NCBI GenBank assembly: GCA_024279135.1
Contig: JAJRRU010000014.1
Coordinates: 23,351-87,350 of the forward strand
DNA from: Alphaproteobacteria bacterium
GTDB lineage: Bacteria; Pseudomonadota; Alphaproteobacteria; Rhodospirillales; Casp-alpha2
Reading direction: 5' to 3'
Length of the DNA stretch: 64,000 bases
A program made the position numbers and the translations under genes. The notes beneath the pieces were generated by a model. That model was not told the DNA's origin, did no database searches, and saw nothing but the letters and a program-made list of their open reading frames with translations. Numbering within the stretch: the first letter of the stretch is position 1; each line of letters opens with the position of its first letter. This document shows positions 36,735 to 46,119 of this stretch, in pieces.

Positions 36735-37070
36735 GAGAATTTTTCGCTTTAGCGTCACATAAAAACGCTCAGTAATATCAGTTTTGATTCTCAGGCTGAA
36801 ACCCGCATTTTATCTACGATTTTTCCACTTTGCAAGGGGATGGTGGGGTTGATATTTAACCCTGATTTGGGCTTAGGCGTATCGCCAAAATCAAAAATCC
36901 GCTGCACTCCGGGAAGGGATTTTGATATTTTCGTGGTTCTAGGAGTCTCAAAAAATCCGGGTTTCTGGCAAAAAGTGCAGCGGATTTTTCGGAAGGCCTA
37001 CAAGACAACCCTTAATATGGCGTGACACTGACTCATCTTGTGTTGCGTGGGGTGATTTTATGACTGTTTT

Positions 37071-37182
37071 AATAAAAGTTGCCCCCTGAATGCAGAAGCA
37101 CGCAGGGGGCAGAGCTTTACGAGAATATCCCCGGAGGGAATCTCTTACCATAACAACACTTTTTGCATCGTTGTGCTATGTG
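37071..37182 (-). ncRNA. tracrRNA: predicted tracrRNA
   Basis: The minus strand at 37180-37147 pairs with the minus-sense CRISPR repeat (34 positions: 26 Watson-Crick, 4 G-U, 4 mismatches by hand). It is followed by UAAG, a GAGAUUCCCUCCGGGGAUAUUCUC hairpin and a GCCCCCUG..GCUUCUGC..CAGGGGGC hairpin plus AACUUUUAUU. The -10 TAAGAT (37194-37189) and -35 TTGATA (37216-37211) have a 16-nt spacer. Confidence 0.7.
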
Positions 37183-37250
37183 CTTTGCATCTTACAGGCT
37201 TATCTTGTAATATCAAAATACTTTTTAGCTAAACGCATAAGGGGAAAAAC

Positions 37251-40200
37251 ATGCGGGTAATTGGCCTTGATGTGGGGATTAATTCTGTTGGCTTTTCTTT
37301 CATCAACATGGATAAAAGTGAAATTCTGGAAATGGGCAGCCGCTTGTTTGAGGCTGCGGAGCACCCAAAATCTGGCGCTTCCCTCGCCTTGCCACGAAGA
37401 GAGGCACGGGGGACTCGACGCAGGCTGGCCCGCAAAGCGCGAAAGGTTTCCCGGCTTCGTACCCTATTGAAAGAACACGGCCTGCCTGCGCAAAAAATTG
37501 TTCAATTAAAAAAGGGAGACAAGTCACCCTGGCAATTGCGCAAGGAGGGCCTGGAGCGTGTACTAAGCGATGAAGAATTTGCCCGCGCCCTGATCCACTT
37601 TGCCAAACGCCCCGGATTTCAAACAAACCGTAAATCGGCCCCGCCAAATGAAGAAACAACTTTCACGAAAGCCGGGAATGACCTTTACGAGGCCATGAGC
37701 GCAGGGGGAGCAAAAACAATTGGCGCCTGGTTAGCCGATCAGCCAAAACAACGTAATGATCCAGACAGTTATGGGCGCACTGTTATCCGCGACCACTTGA
37801 GGGCAGAAATCAAAACCCTGTTCACAACCCAACGCAGCTTCGGTAATCAAAAGGCAACAGAGCGGCTGTGTGATGATGTCATCAAATTTGCCTTTTATCG
37901 CAGAGACCTGCAATCCAGTCTGAAGCTGGTGGGCAAGTGTGCCGTGTATGGGGGCGAAGGGGAAAAACGCGCACCAAAAAGAGCCTTTCACGCGGAGCTG
38001 TTTGTTGCGCTTTCACGGTTAACCAACTTGAACATAATTTCGTATAACGGCGACAAGCGCCCCCTGGGTATTGAGGAAATTGCCTTGCTTGAGCAAAAGG
38101 CGCTCACAACAAGCAAGGTAACCTTTGCCCAGGCGCGAAAAACTCTCAACCTGCACGAAGATGAAACTTTCAACCTAGCCTCCTATACTTTCAAGCCGGG
38201 TGAGGCGTTGACGAAAGAGCAAGTCAGGGAACGGGCAGAGAAACTCTGCCTTGTGGAAATGAAAGGTTTCCACACATTGCGTGTTGCGCTTGAAAGAATA
38301 TCCAAAATGGATTGGGCGGCACTTGCATCAAGGCATGATGATCTTGACCAGATCGCCTTTGCCCTGTCGTTCTATGAATCTGAAGATGACATCAGGAGCC
38401 AACTGGAACCTTTAAACCTGTCTGAAAATAAAATCATTGCCCTGCTGGGAGCAACTGGCTTTTCCCAGACCATCAACATTTCCTTAAAAGCCGCAAAAGA
38501 AATAATTCCATACCTGCGGCAGGGTGAAACCTATATGGATGCGGTATTGAAAATACGCCCGAACCACCAGGTACGCGCAGGAGAGCAAACGCTTCTGCCT
38601 CCCTTGGCAGAAAGCACGAGAAACCCGATTGTTGATCGCTCACTGTCACAAATCCGCAAGGTCGTCAACGCTCTGATCCGCAAACACGGAATGCCGGATT
38701 ATTTCCATGTGGAAACAGCACGGGACCTGGGGCGAAATTTCAAGGATCGCAAATCAATAGAATCCGACAACAAAAAGCGCCAAGCATACAAGGAGGCAAC
38801 CAGGAAACATGCCGCAGAGATTTACGGGTTCGAGCCCAACGGAGATCAACTGGCCCGGTTTCGCCTGTGGAAAGAGCAAAACATGTGCTGCCCGTATTCT
38901 GGCGAAGAAATCAAGCCCCACCATCTCCAGAATGGCACGGATACACAGATAGACCATATCCTGCCTTATAGTCGTTCATACGACGATTCATGGTCAAACA
39001 AGGTGCTGTGTTTTTCCCGTGAAAATCAGGCCAAGGGAAATCTGACCGCGTGGGAATACATGGAGCGCAACAACATGACGCGGGAACTTGAGGCTTTTGC
39101 CAGGGGACTGGATTATCATCGAAGGAAAAAGCTGTTAACGCAGAACTTTGATGAAGAAAAGGAAAAGGACTGGAAGTCCCGCCATCTGAATGACACCCGT
39201 TACGTTGCGCGCGCGCTGAGCGCGTACCTGGAAGAAAACCTGAAACCAAACCCCAATATTAAAAAGCTGGTTCGCACCCGCAAGGGTGGGCTGACCAGCA
39301 AGCTGCGCCACTTGTGGGGCTTGCCGGAGAAAGACCGTGAAAACGATCACCGACACCACGGTGTAGATGCCTTGGTAATTGCCTGTGCGACAGACGGCAT
39401 GGTGCAAAAAGTGGCACGGTGGAGTCGATACCAACGCGGCAAAAGGGACGATCCGGGCTTTTATGCCGATACCCCGTGGGAAAATTTCCGCAAGGATGCG
39501 CTGGCGAAACTGGATGAAATGTTCGTAACTCGCCAGCCATCGCGTAAAACCGGCGGAAGGCTGCACAAGGACACGATCATGAGCCTGCGCTTTGATGATG
39601 AGGGAGCGTGGCAGGCCATCAAACGGGTTAAGGTAAAGGACTTGAAAAAGTCGGATCTTGAAAACTTGGTTGATGTGGAGATTATAGACGGTCAACCCCG
39701 TGGTCGAAACGCCACTTTGTACAAAGTGCTGAATGACCGTCTGACGGCGTTCGACAACAAACCGGACAAGGCTTTTGCCGAACCTGTGTTCATGCCGCTA
39801 AAACCCGAAAAAACCGGACCGAACGGAGAGCCTCACGGCCCAGAAATTCGCCGGGTGCGGGTTTACGATAACACCAAAGCTGGTTTTCGCCTCAAAAACA
39901 ATGGTTTTGCAGACAATGCAGAAATGGCCTGGACGGAAGTTTACGAAAAAGACGGAAAGTTCTACCTGCTACCGGTTTATACATGGCAGGTAAAGACAAA
40001 GAAATGGCCCCGAGGACTGATATATCAAGGGCGTACAGAGGAAAGCTGGCCAAATGTTGATGATGGTTACGCCTTCCTGTTTTCCCTGTTCAAGAACGAT
40101 TTCGTGGTACTCAAAAATAGTAAAAGCGTAATTACAGAGGGATATTTTAAAGGTACACACCGCGCATTGGGGCAAATAAACATTGAACAGCATAAAGGAG

Positions 40201-40322
40201 ATAATGCCGCAAATTACGGTGTTAAAACCCTGAATTCATTCCGCAAATACCACATCGACCTGTTTGGCGGACGTTCCGAAATAAAGGAGAGTACGCCGTG
40301 GCGTGGCGAACCGTCATCATAA
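37251..40322 (+). CDS. cas9: type II-C CRISPR-associated endonuclease Cas9 (1023 aa)
   Basis: RuvC-I is MRVIGLDVGINSVGFS. The Arg-rich bridge helix is LPRREARGTRRRLARKARK. The HNH motif is DTQIDHILPYSRSYDDSWSNKVLCFSRENQAKGN. RuvC-III is HHGVDALVIA. cas1 and cas2 follow with no csn2 or cas4. Confidence 0.97.
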   Translation: MRVIGLDVGINSVGFSFINMDKSEILEMGSRLFEAAEHPKSGASLALPRREARGTRRRLARKARKVSRLRTLLKEHGLPAQKIVQLKKGDKSPWQLRKEGLERVLSDEEFARALIHFAKRPGFQTNRKSAPPNEETTFTKAGNDLYEAMSAGGAKTIGAWLADQPKQRNDPDSYGRTVIRDHLRAEIKTLFTTQRSFGNQKATERLCDDVIKFAFYRRDLQSSLKLVGKCAVYGGEGEKRAPKRAFHAELFVALSRLTNLNIISYNGDKRPLGIEEIALLEQKALTTSKVTFAQARKTLNLHEDETFNLASYTFKPGEALTKEQVRERAEKLCLVEMKGFHTLRVALERISKMDWAALASRHDDLDQIAFALSFYESEDDIRSQLEPLNLSENKIIALLGATGFSQTINISLKAAKEIIPYLRQGETYMDAVLKIRPNHQVRAGEQTLLPPLAESTRNPIVDRSLSQIRKVVNALIRKHGMPDYFHVETARDLGRNFKDRKSIESDNKKRQAYKEATRKHAAEIYGFEPNGDQLARFRLWKEQNMCCPYSGEEIKPHHLQNGTDTQIDHILPYSRSYDDSWSNKVLCFSRENQAKGNLTAWEYMERNNMTRELEAFARGLDYHRRKKLLTQNFDEEKEKDWKSRHLNDTRYVARALSAYLEENLKPNPNIKKLVRTRKGGLTSKLRHLWGLPEKDRENDHRHHGVDALVIACATDGMVQKVARWSRYQRGKRDDPGFYADTPWENFRKDALAKLDEMFVTRQPSRKTGGRLHKDTIMSLRFDDEGAWQAIKRVKVKDLKKSDLENLVDVEIIDGQPRGRNATLYKVLNDRLTAFDNKPDKAFAEPVFMPLKPEKTGPNGEPHGPEIRRVRVYDNTKAGFRLKNNGFADNAEMAWTEVYEKDGKFYLLPVYTWQVKTKKWPRGLIYQGRTEESWPNVDDGYAFLFSLFKNDFVVLKNSKSVITEGYFKGTHRALGQINIEQHKGDNAANYGVKTLNSFRKYHIDLFGGRSEIKESTPWRGEPSS

Positions 40323-41188
40323 GCTCGGAATGCCGGGTTTCGTTAAAGCGCAGCCAGTTAGTGGTTGAGCGGGAAGACGACACACTGAGTGTTCCGGTCG
40401 AGGATATTGCTGTTTGCGTACTCGAACACAGGGGCATTACCGTTTCAACGGCCCTGCTTTCATCCCTGTGCGAGGCAGGAGCCGCCATTGCCGTTTGTAA
40501 CAACCGCCACTTGCCCAACGGCTTGATGCTGCCGCTCCTCACCCATTCGCGGCAAAGTCAGATTGCGGCGTTACAGGCTGGATGGTCTACTCCATTCAAA
40601 AAAAGGGCATGGCAAAACATCGTTCGTGCAAAAATAATCAACCAGGCCCACTGCTTGGCCCGCCGCGATCCGGAAAAAGGCAAGACCATACGCGAAATGG
40701 CAAAACGGGTTGATTCCGGGGATTTAAAAAACCGGGAAGCCCACGCCGCCCGAACCTACTGGCCCGCCCTGATGGGCAAGGGCTTCATTCGCGGGGCCGG
40801 AGACCTGCCCAACAGTTTTTTAAATTACGGATACACGGTTGTGCGCGCCTGTGTCGCCCGCTCGCTAGTCGGGGCCGGATTGCTGCCCTGCTTTGGGCTT
40901 CATCACGATAACAACCTGAACGGATTTAACCTTGCCGATGATTTAATCGAACCGTTTCGCCCCTTTGTTGATGACGCCATCATTGGCTTGGCCGCTCACC
41001 GCGACAAGAAAGACGACCTTAACAAGGAGGATCGCGCCGCCCTCGCCCAGCTCCCGGCCACTCAGGTTCTGATTGAGGGCGAACTGCAAACCATACTGAA
41101 TGCCACGCAAATTTCGGCTGAAAGCCTGGTACGTGCCATACGGAACAAAGACGCTTCGGCCTTGTGCCTACCGGAATTTTCCATGTAA
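40298..41188 (+). CDS. cas1: CRISPR-associated endonuclease Cas1 (type II)
   Basis: GTG 40298 follows AAGGAGA. 296 aa with the NYGYTVVRA and GLHH motifs. It overlaps the cas9 end. Confidence 0.95.
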   Translation: MAWRTVIISSECRVSLKRSQLVVEREDDTLSVPVEDIAVCVLEHRGITVSTALLSSLCEAGAAIAVCNNRHLPNGLMLPLLTHSRQSQIAALQAGWSTPFKKRAWQNIVRAKIINQAHCLARRDPEKGKTIREMAKRVDSGDLKNREAHAARTYWPALMGKGFIRGAGDLPNSFLNYGYTVVRACVARSLVGAGLLPCFGLHHDNNLNGFNLADDLIEPFRPFVDDAIIGLAAHRDKKDDLNKEDRAALAQLPATQVLIEGELQTILNATQISAESLVRAIRNKDASALCLPEFSM

Positions 41189-41208
41189 GCCATGAGGGAT
41201 GACTGAAA

Positions 41209-41550
41209 ATGAGCGTAAACGGAGATCGCTTCATGTGGATAATGGTATTTTTTGACCTGCCAGTTGGCACAAAGCCACAACGACGCGCTGCCACTCGTTT
41301 TCGCAATTATTTGCTCAAGGATGGTTATATTATGCTACAATTCTCCGTCTATGGGCGAATCTGTAACGGCCAGGAACGGGTTGATAAACATCTAAAGCGC
41401 CTACAGACTGTTTTGCCGTCAAATGGCAACATTCGCGCCCTGCAAGTCACCGATCAGCAATACGGACGTATGAAGATTCTTCTAGGAGAACGAGATGAAA
41501 ACGAAGAAAAAGATACAAAAAACAATGGCGGACAGCTCCTTTTACTCTGA
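41209..41550 (+). CDS. cas2: CRISPR-associated endoribonuclease Cas2
   Basis: 113 aa. MWIMVFFDLPVGTKPQRRAATRFRNYLLKDGYIMLQFSVYGR is Cas2-like. Confidence 0.9.
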   Translation: MSVNGDRFMWIMVFFDLPVGTKPQRRAATRFRNYLLKDGYIMLQFSVYGRICNGQERVDKHLKRLQTVLPSNGNIRALQVTDQQYGRMKILLGERDENEEKDTKNNGGQLLLL

Positions 41551-41596
41551 ACAATCCGCCATTTATTCTTTGTTTTCAACCGGCTAACAGGAGCGT

Positions 41597-43216
41597 ACCA
41601 TAACATAACGATGCAAAAAGGGAAGCTATGGCACCCACGATTTTATGAAACGGGTAATTTTTACCATAACATAACGATGCAAAAAGGGAAGCTATGGCGG
41701 CTAGTAGGGTTTCGCGCCTGTTCAAGCCACCATAACATAACGATGCAAAAAGGGAAGCTATGGCTGGCTTGCAATAACAGGACCAGGGCGATCCACCATA
41801 ACATAACGATGCAAAAAGGGAAGCTATGGCAGCTTTTGTACTCTTACGAGCCATAGTATTACCATAACATAACGATGCAAAAAGGGAAGCTATGGCGGCT
41901 GATTTGGTGTTCAATGCAGCAAACTAACCATAACATAACGATGCAAAAAGGGAAGCTATGGCCGTACTAATGGTGGTGAGAAGTTCCTAGGTACCATAAC
42001 ATAACGATGCAAAAAGGGAAGCTATGGCCTAATGTTCCATATCAAGTCTAATGCTAAGACCATAACATAACGATGCAAAAAGGGAAGCTATGGCTAAGTC
42101 TCTAAGAACTGATTTGATTAATCAACCATAACATAACGATGCAAAAAGGGAAGCTATGGCTATCATTAGACTGCCTAAATTTTAATAGAGACCATAACAT
42201 AACGATGCAAAAAGGGAAGCTATGGCTACCTTTTCATGTTTAGCATTGACCATCTGACCATAACATAACGATGCAAAAAGGGAAGCTATGGCTCCTACAG
42301 GAGAGCATGACTGGTCTGAAAAACCATAACATAACGATGCAAAAAGGGAAGCTATGGCTATTCCTCTCTTGGCCCCCCCCAAGAAGAGACCATAACATAA
42401 CGATGCAAAAAGGGAAGCTATGGCTCCATTGCGGCATGCCATTCACGGCTCAATACCATAACATAACGATGCAAAAAGGGAAGCTATGGCCGGTCTTACG
42501 TAATACCAGCGCCGCAATCAACCATAACATAACGATGCAAAAAGGGAAGCTATGGCTCTTCACATGATGCAGTCGCTCATAATTGGACCATAACATAACG
42601 ATGCAAAAAGGGAAGCTATGGCCGATGGTAAAACGTATGCCCAGATTACCGAACCATAACATAACGATGCAAAAAGGGAAGCTATGGCGGTTGGCACTCA
42701 GCTGGCCTTGAGCGAAGAACCATAACATAACGATGCAAAAAGGGAAGCTATGGCCTGCGCAAAGCGTTTACGGTAGTTATTAAAACCATAACATAACGAT
42801 GCAAAAAGGGAAGCTATGGCTTATAAGCCAGAATATGCAATACAGGATTTACCATAACATAACGATGCAAAAAGGGAAGCTATGGCCATTGATTGTTGAT
42901 TTCAATGAAGTTGGCGACCATAACATAACGATGCAAAAAGGGAAGCTATGGCTCCAAAGCTATAATGGATTAAAGGCTGTTAACCATAACATAACGATGC
43001 AAAAAGGGAAGCTATGGCTTCAGAAACATAAGACGGTTTGCCAAAGCGACCATAACATAACGATGCAAAAAGGGAAGCTATGGCCAACGCCCTTGCTGGC
43101 ATTATTGGCAGCATACCATAACATAACGATGCAAAAAGGGAAGCTATGGCTGCCTGCTAGATGTTCAAAAATGTTTCGTTACCATAACATAACGATGCAA
43201 AAAGGGAAGCTATGGC
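41597..43216 (-). CRISPR. CRISPR array: 25 identical 36-bp repeats, 24 spacers of exactly 30 bp
   Basis: The plus-strand repeat is ACCATAACATAACGATGCAAAAAGGGAAGCTATGGC, at 41597+66k for k=0..24; all were checked by eye. The minus-sense form is GCCATAGCTTCCCTTTTTGCATCGTTATGTTATGGT. It resembles type II-C (Neisseria-like) repeats and is complementary to the predicted tracrRNA, so the crRNA is read from the minus strand. Confidence 0.97.
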
Positions 43217-43259
43217 TAATTCTTTGATTGCTAACTTTCGTTAGCAATCAAAGAATTAG
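43217..43259. terminator. perfect 19-bp-stem hairpin abutting the last CRISPR repeat
   Basis: taattctttgattgctaac-tttc-gttagcaatcaaagaatta starts at the first base after repeat 25. Confidence 0.5.
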
Positions 43260-43630
43260 CCAGCTTGACCGGCAAGCCGCTCCCTGCAAATAACCTCAAC
43301 CAAATCCTATAACTTGCGAATACGGGCTTACAGCCCTTCGAGTTCTTCGGCTGTGATTTCGTAGTGTTTGGAATATCGGGCCTCGACGTAGGCGCGGCGT
43401 AGTAACTCAAATTTCCACTTAACGGAGCGTTGCTAGTGGCAAATGTTCCAGTGAAGTTTTCATATGTCCTGTTTATCAAAAATCAAACAGGACAAAAGAA
43501 GAATGAACACTCATACCCTTAATTTTGAATCTGGCATAATAATTAGAAAATATCCATATTTGGTAGTCGATTTTAATTATATGCCAGCTTATGATGTTGC
43601 ATTCATTTATACATGGTGAAATTTTAGCAT

Positions 43631-45112
43631 ATGATTAAAGCAGCCGCACTAGCCCAAGCCGATTATCTGACAGCCAAGCCCGAAGTGGTACGTAAAGAGC
43701 TTGGGCAATATTTCACTGGTAGCTCTATAGCCGACTATATGGCTTCAATGCTGGAACCAGTAAGCGCACCTACGGTGCGTATTCTTGATGCTGGTGCAGG
43801 GGCTGGTATCCTGACCATTGCAGCCGCAATGCGATATTTGGCCTTAGGCAATAACTGCGTTCACGCTGTGTTGTATGAAATCGATCAGGACACCCTATCG
43901 CATTTAGAACTCAATATGCGTCGTGTAGCCAAAGCGTTCAAGGAACAAGGTGGATCATTTACCTTTGAAATTCGCCACGAAGATTTCGTATTGGCAAGGC
44001 CGGATCGTAAAGAAGAACGCTTCCATGCGTCTTCGATAAATCCGCCATACTTCAAATATAGTTCCAAAACGTCACCTTATGCCAGTGCAACGCCAGACCT
44101 CTACAAGGGAAACCCGAATATTTACGCATCTTTCATGGCTGTCGTAGCAGCCTGCATGACTGATGATGGGCAAATGATTGTCATTGTTCCCCGAAGTTTC
44201 ACCAATGGCCTATATTTCAAAGGATTTAGAAGATACCTTAATCGCGCTATGAGCCTTGAAAAAATCCATATTTTCAGAGCACGCAACCAAGTGTTCCGGG
44301 AATCAGCCGTGTTGCAAGAAAATATCATTTGCAGCTATCGTAAGGCGCAACAGGGAACTTCTATTAGTATTTCCACCTCAACAGGGCACCATGACCTAAG
44401 CCAAACTGAAACCAATCACTACCCCGCTAGGCAACTGATAGACACAACAAACGCCCATGAAATAATTCGTATTCCGGAAACAGTTGAAGATGCCAAGATA
44501 TTAGCAGGTGTCGAGCATTGGCCTTCAAGTTTTCAAGACAACGGTTACTTCATCTCAACTGGCCCGGTGGTGGAACATCGCACACGGGAATTTATCACTG
44601 CCCCTGACAACATAAAAAACAGCATTCCATTGCTAAGAATGCACAATATCAAAACACTTAAAACAGAGTGGACTGGAACCAACAAAAAGGATGCCCGCTT
44701 CCTTTTGCTCAATTGCCATGAGAAGCACACATCAAACAATTTACCCTATGTCATCTTGAAACGTTTCAGCTCAAAAGATGAGAAGCGCCGTTTAGTCGCT
44801 GGAGTGCATAACCCTGAGGTAATTAAAGGCGAAATCATCGCCTTGGAGAATCATTTAAATTACATTGGGCACAATGATGGCCCTCTTAAGCAAGATGAAA
44901 TTTACGGATTGGCATTATTATTCAACTCAACACTGATAGATAAATATTTCCGATGTATATCAGGGAACACCCAGGTAAATGCAACTGAAATACGGCTCCT
45001 GAAGTTACCTGCCCGTGACACAATCAGGAAAATAGGTAAAACCTACAAATCAAATAGCTCTTTTCCACAAGAGCAAATAGATATGATTATTGAACGATTT
45101 TTAGAAATTTAA
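43631..45112 (+). CDS. N6-adenine DNA methyltransferase (gamma-class, PstI/BsuBI-system type)
   Basis: 493 aa with SAM motif [13 protein letters not shown] and catalytic motif [12 protein letters not shown]. The cognate endonuclease gene lies directly upstream of its partner position, immediately after this gene. Confidence 0.85.
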   Translation: MIKAAALAQADYLTAKPEVVRKELGQYFTGSSIADYMASMLEPVSAPTVRILDAGAGAGILTIAAAMRYLALGNNCVHAVLYEIDQDTLSHLELNMRRVAKAFKEQGGSFTFEIRHEDFVLARPDRKEERFHASSINPPYFKYSSKTSPYASATPDLYKGNPNIYASFMAVVAACMTDDGQMIVIVPRSFTNGLYFKGFRRYLNRAMSLEKIHIFRARNQVFRESAVLQENIICSYRKAQQGTSISISTSTGHHDLSQTETNHYPARQLIDTTNAHEIIRIPETVEDAKILAGVEHWPSSFQDNGYFISTGPVVEHRTREFITAPDNIKNSIPLLRMHNIKTLKTEWTGTNKKDARFLLLNCHEKHTSNNLPYVILKRFSSKDEKRRLVAGVHNPEVIKGEIIALENHLNYIGHNDGPLKQDEIYGLALLFNSTLIDKYFRCISGNTQVNATEIRLLKLPARDTIRKIGKTYKSNSSFPQEQIDMIIERFLEI

Positions 45113-45126
45113 AGGCCCCACAAATA

Positions 45127-46098
45127 ATGAGTCAAAGAGAAGAAAAACTGCTGCAGGCACAAGAATTATTAAAAGCACTTGGCTTGCCAAAATCGCAATA
45201 TAACAACCGCTCGGCGTGGGTATTTCTCGCCTTATCGAATATTAAACCGGATGATAGTTGGAACAACGCACAAGCTCCATTACTTCCAACTGTAGAAATA
45301 ATGCAGTTCATACGCGAACACTACGGACAGGATTACAAACCAAATTCCAGAGAGACAATTCGCCGTCAAACACTTCATCAATTTGAGCAGGCCCGCATTG
45401 TTGACCGCAACCGGGACGACCCTTCGAGGGCCACCAACAGCAAGGATAATAATTACTCGCTGAACTCACCTATCATTGAAGTGCTAAAGACTTTCCCTGG
45501 CGGCAACTGGAAACAAAGAATTGAACGGTACAAAGCCGATCTGCAAAGCCTTCAAGAGCTTTACCAGCGCAGTTTAGAAATGCATAAAATCCCCGTAAAA
45601 TTACCCAGTGGGCAAGAAGTTAAACTATCGCCCGGTAAACATAATCAGCTACATGCTGATATTATTCATGAGTTTTGCCCTCGCTTTATTGGTGAAGGTG
45701 GAATCGTGCTTTACATCGGTGATACCGCAAGTAGCCGCAAAGAGGGCGGCAAACTAATGGTGCTGGAAACGGAAGTTCTGGAAGAACTGGGCGTTCCTCC
45801 GATGTCACATGATAAATTACCTGACGTAGTCGTTTATGATAAAAAGCGGGAATGGTTATTTCTTATCGAGGCTGTGACCAGTCACGGCCCGGTATCACCC
45901 AAACGTTGGATTGAACTGGAAGATGCACTAAAAACATGCAAAGTAGGCAGAGTCTATGTTACCGCCTTTCCTGACAGAGCAGAATTTCGTAGAAACGCTG
46001 CTGATATTGCTTGGGAAACGGAGGTCTGGATTGCTGACAATCCAGACCATATGATCCATTTCAATGGTGATCGCTTCTTAGGGCCACACAAAAGATAA
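45127..46098 (+). CDS. BsuBI/PstI-family type II restriction endonuclease
   Basis: 323 aa. The N-terminus (..[60 protein letters not shown]) and C-terminal catalytic part (..[26 protein letters not shown]..) match my memory of this family. Confidence 0.8.
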   Translation: MSQREEKLLQAQELLKALGLPKSQYNNRSAWVFLALSNIKPDDSWNNAQAPLLPTVEIMQFIREHYGQDYKPNSRETIRRQTLHQFEQARIVDRNRDDPSRATNSKDNNYSLNSPIIEVLKTFPGGNWKQRIERYKADLQSLQELYQRSLEMHKIPVKLPSGQEVKLSPGKHNQLHADIIHEFCPRFIGEGGIVLYIGDTASSRKEGGKLMVLETEVLEELGVPPMSHDKLPDVVVYDKKREWLFLIEAVTSHGPVSPKRWIELEDALKTCKVGRVYVTAFPDRAEFRRNAADIAWETEVWIADNPDHMIHFNGDRFLGPHKR

Positions 46099-46119
46099 CC
46101 CCAGAAATATTCTGGCCCT

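Noticed and set aside
36840-37151. Small ORFs 36840..37025 (+) and 36948..37151 (-) upstream of cas9
   Set aside because: They have no RBS or motif. The region is better explained by the tracrRNA (37071-37182) and an inverted-repeat element.
41633-43180. Self-targeting spacers against this window
   Set aside because: Eye-scanning found no 30-nt match to tra, rep, par or leading-region sequences. This cannot be excluded without a computed search, so no claim is made.
41576-43227. Multiple ORFs across the CRISPR array (e.g. 41576..41914, 42182..42442, 42271..42567, 42450..42728, 42799..43227) with repeating peptides such as HNITMQKGKLW and AIASLFASLCYG
   Set aside because: They are translations of the 36-bp repeat in different frames. 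The 66-bp periodicity and identical peptides show they are artefacts of the array, not genes.
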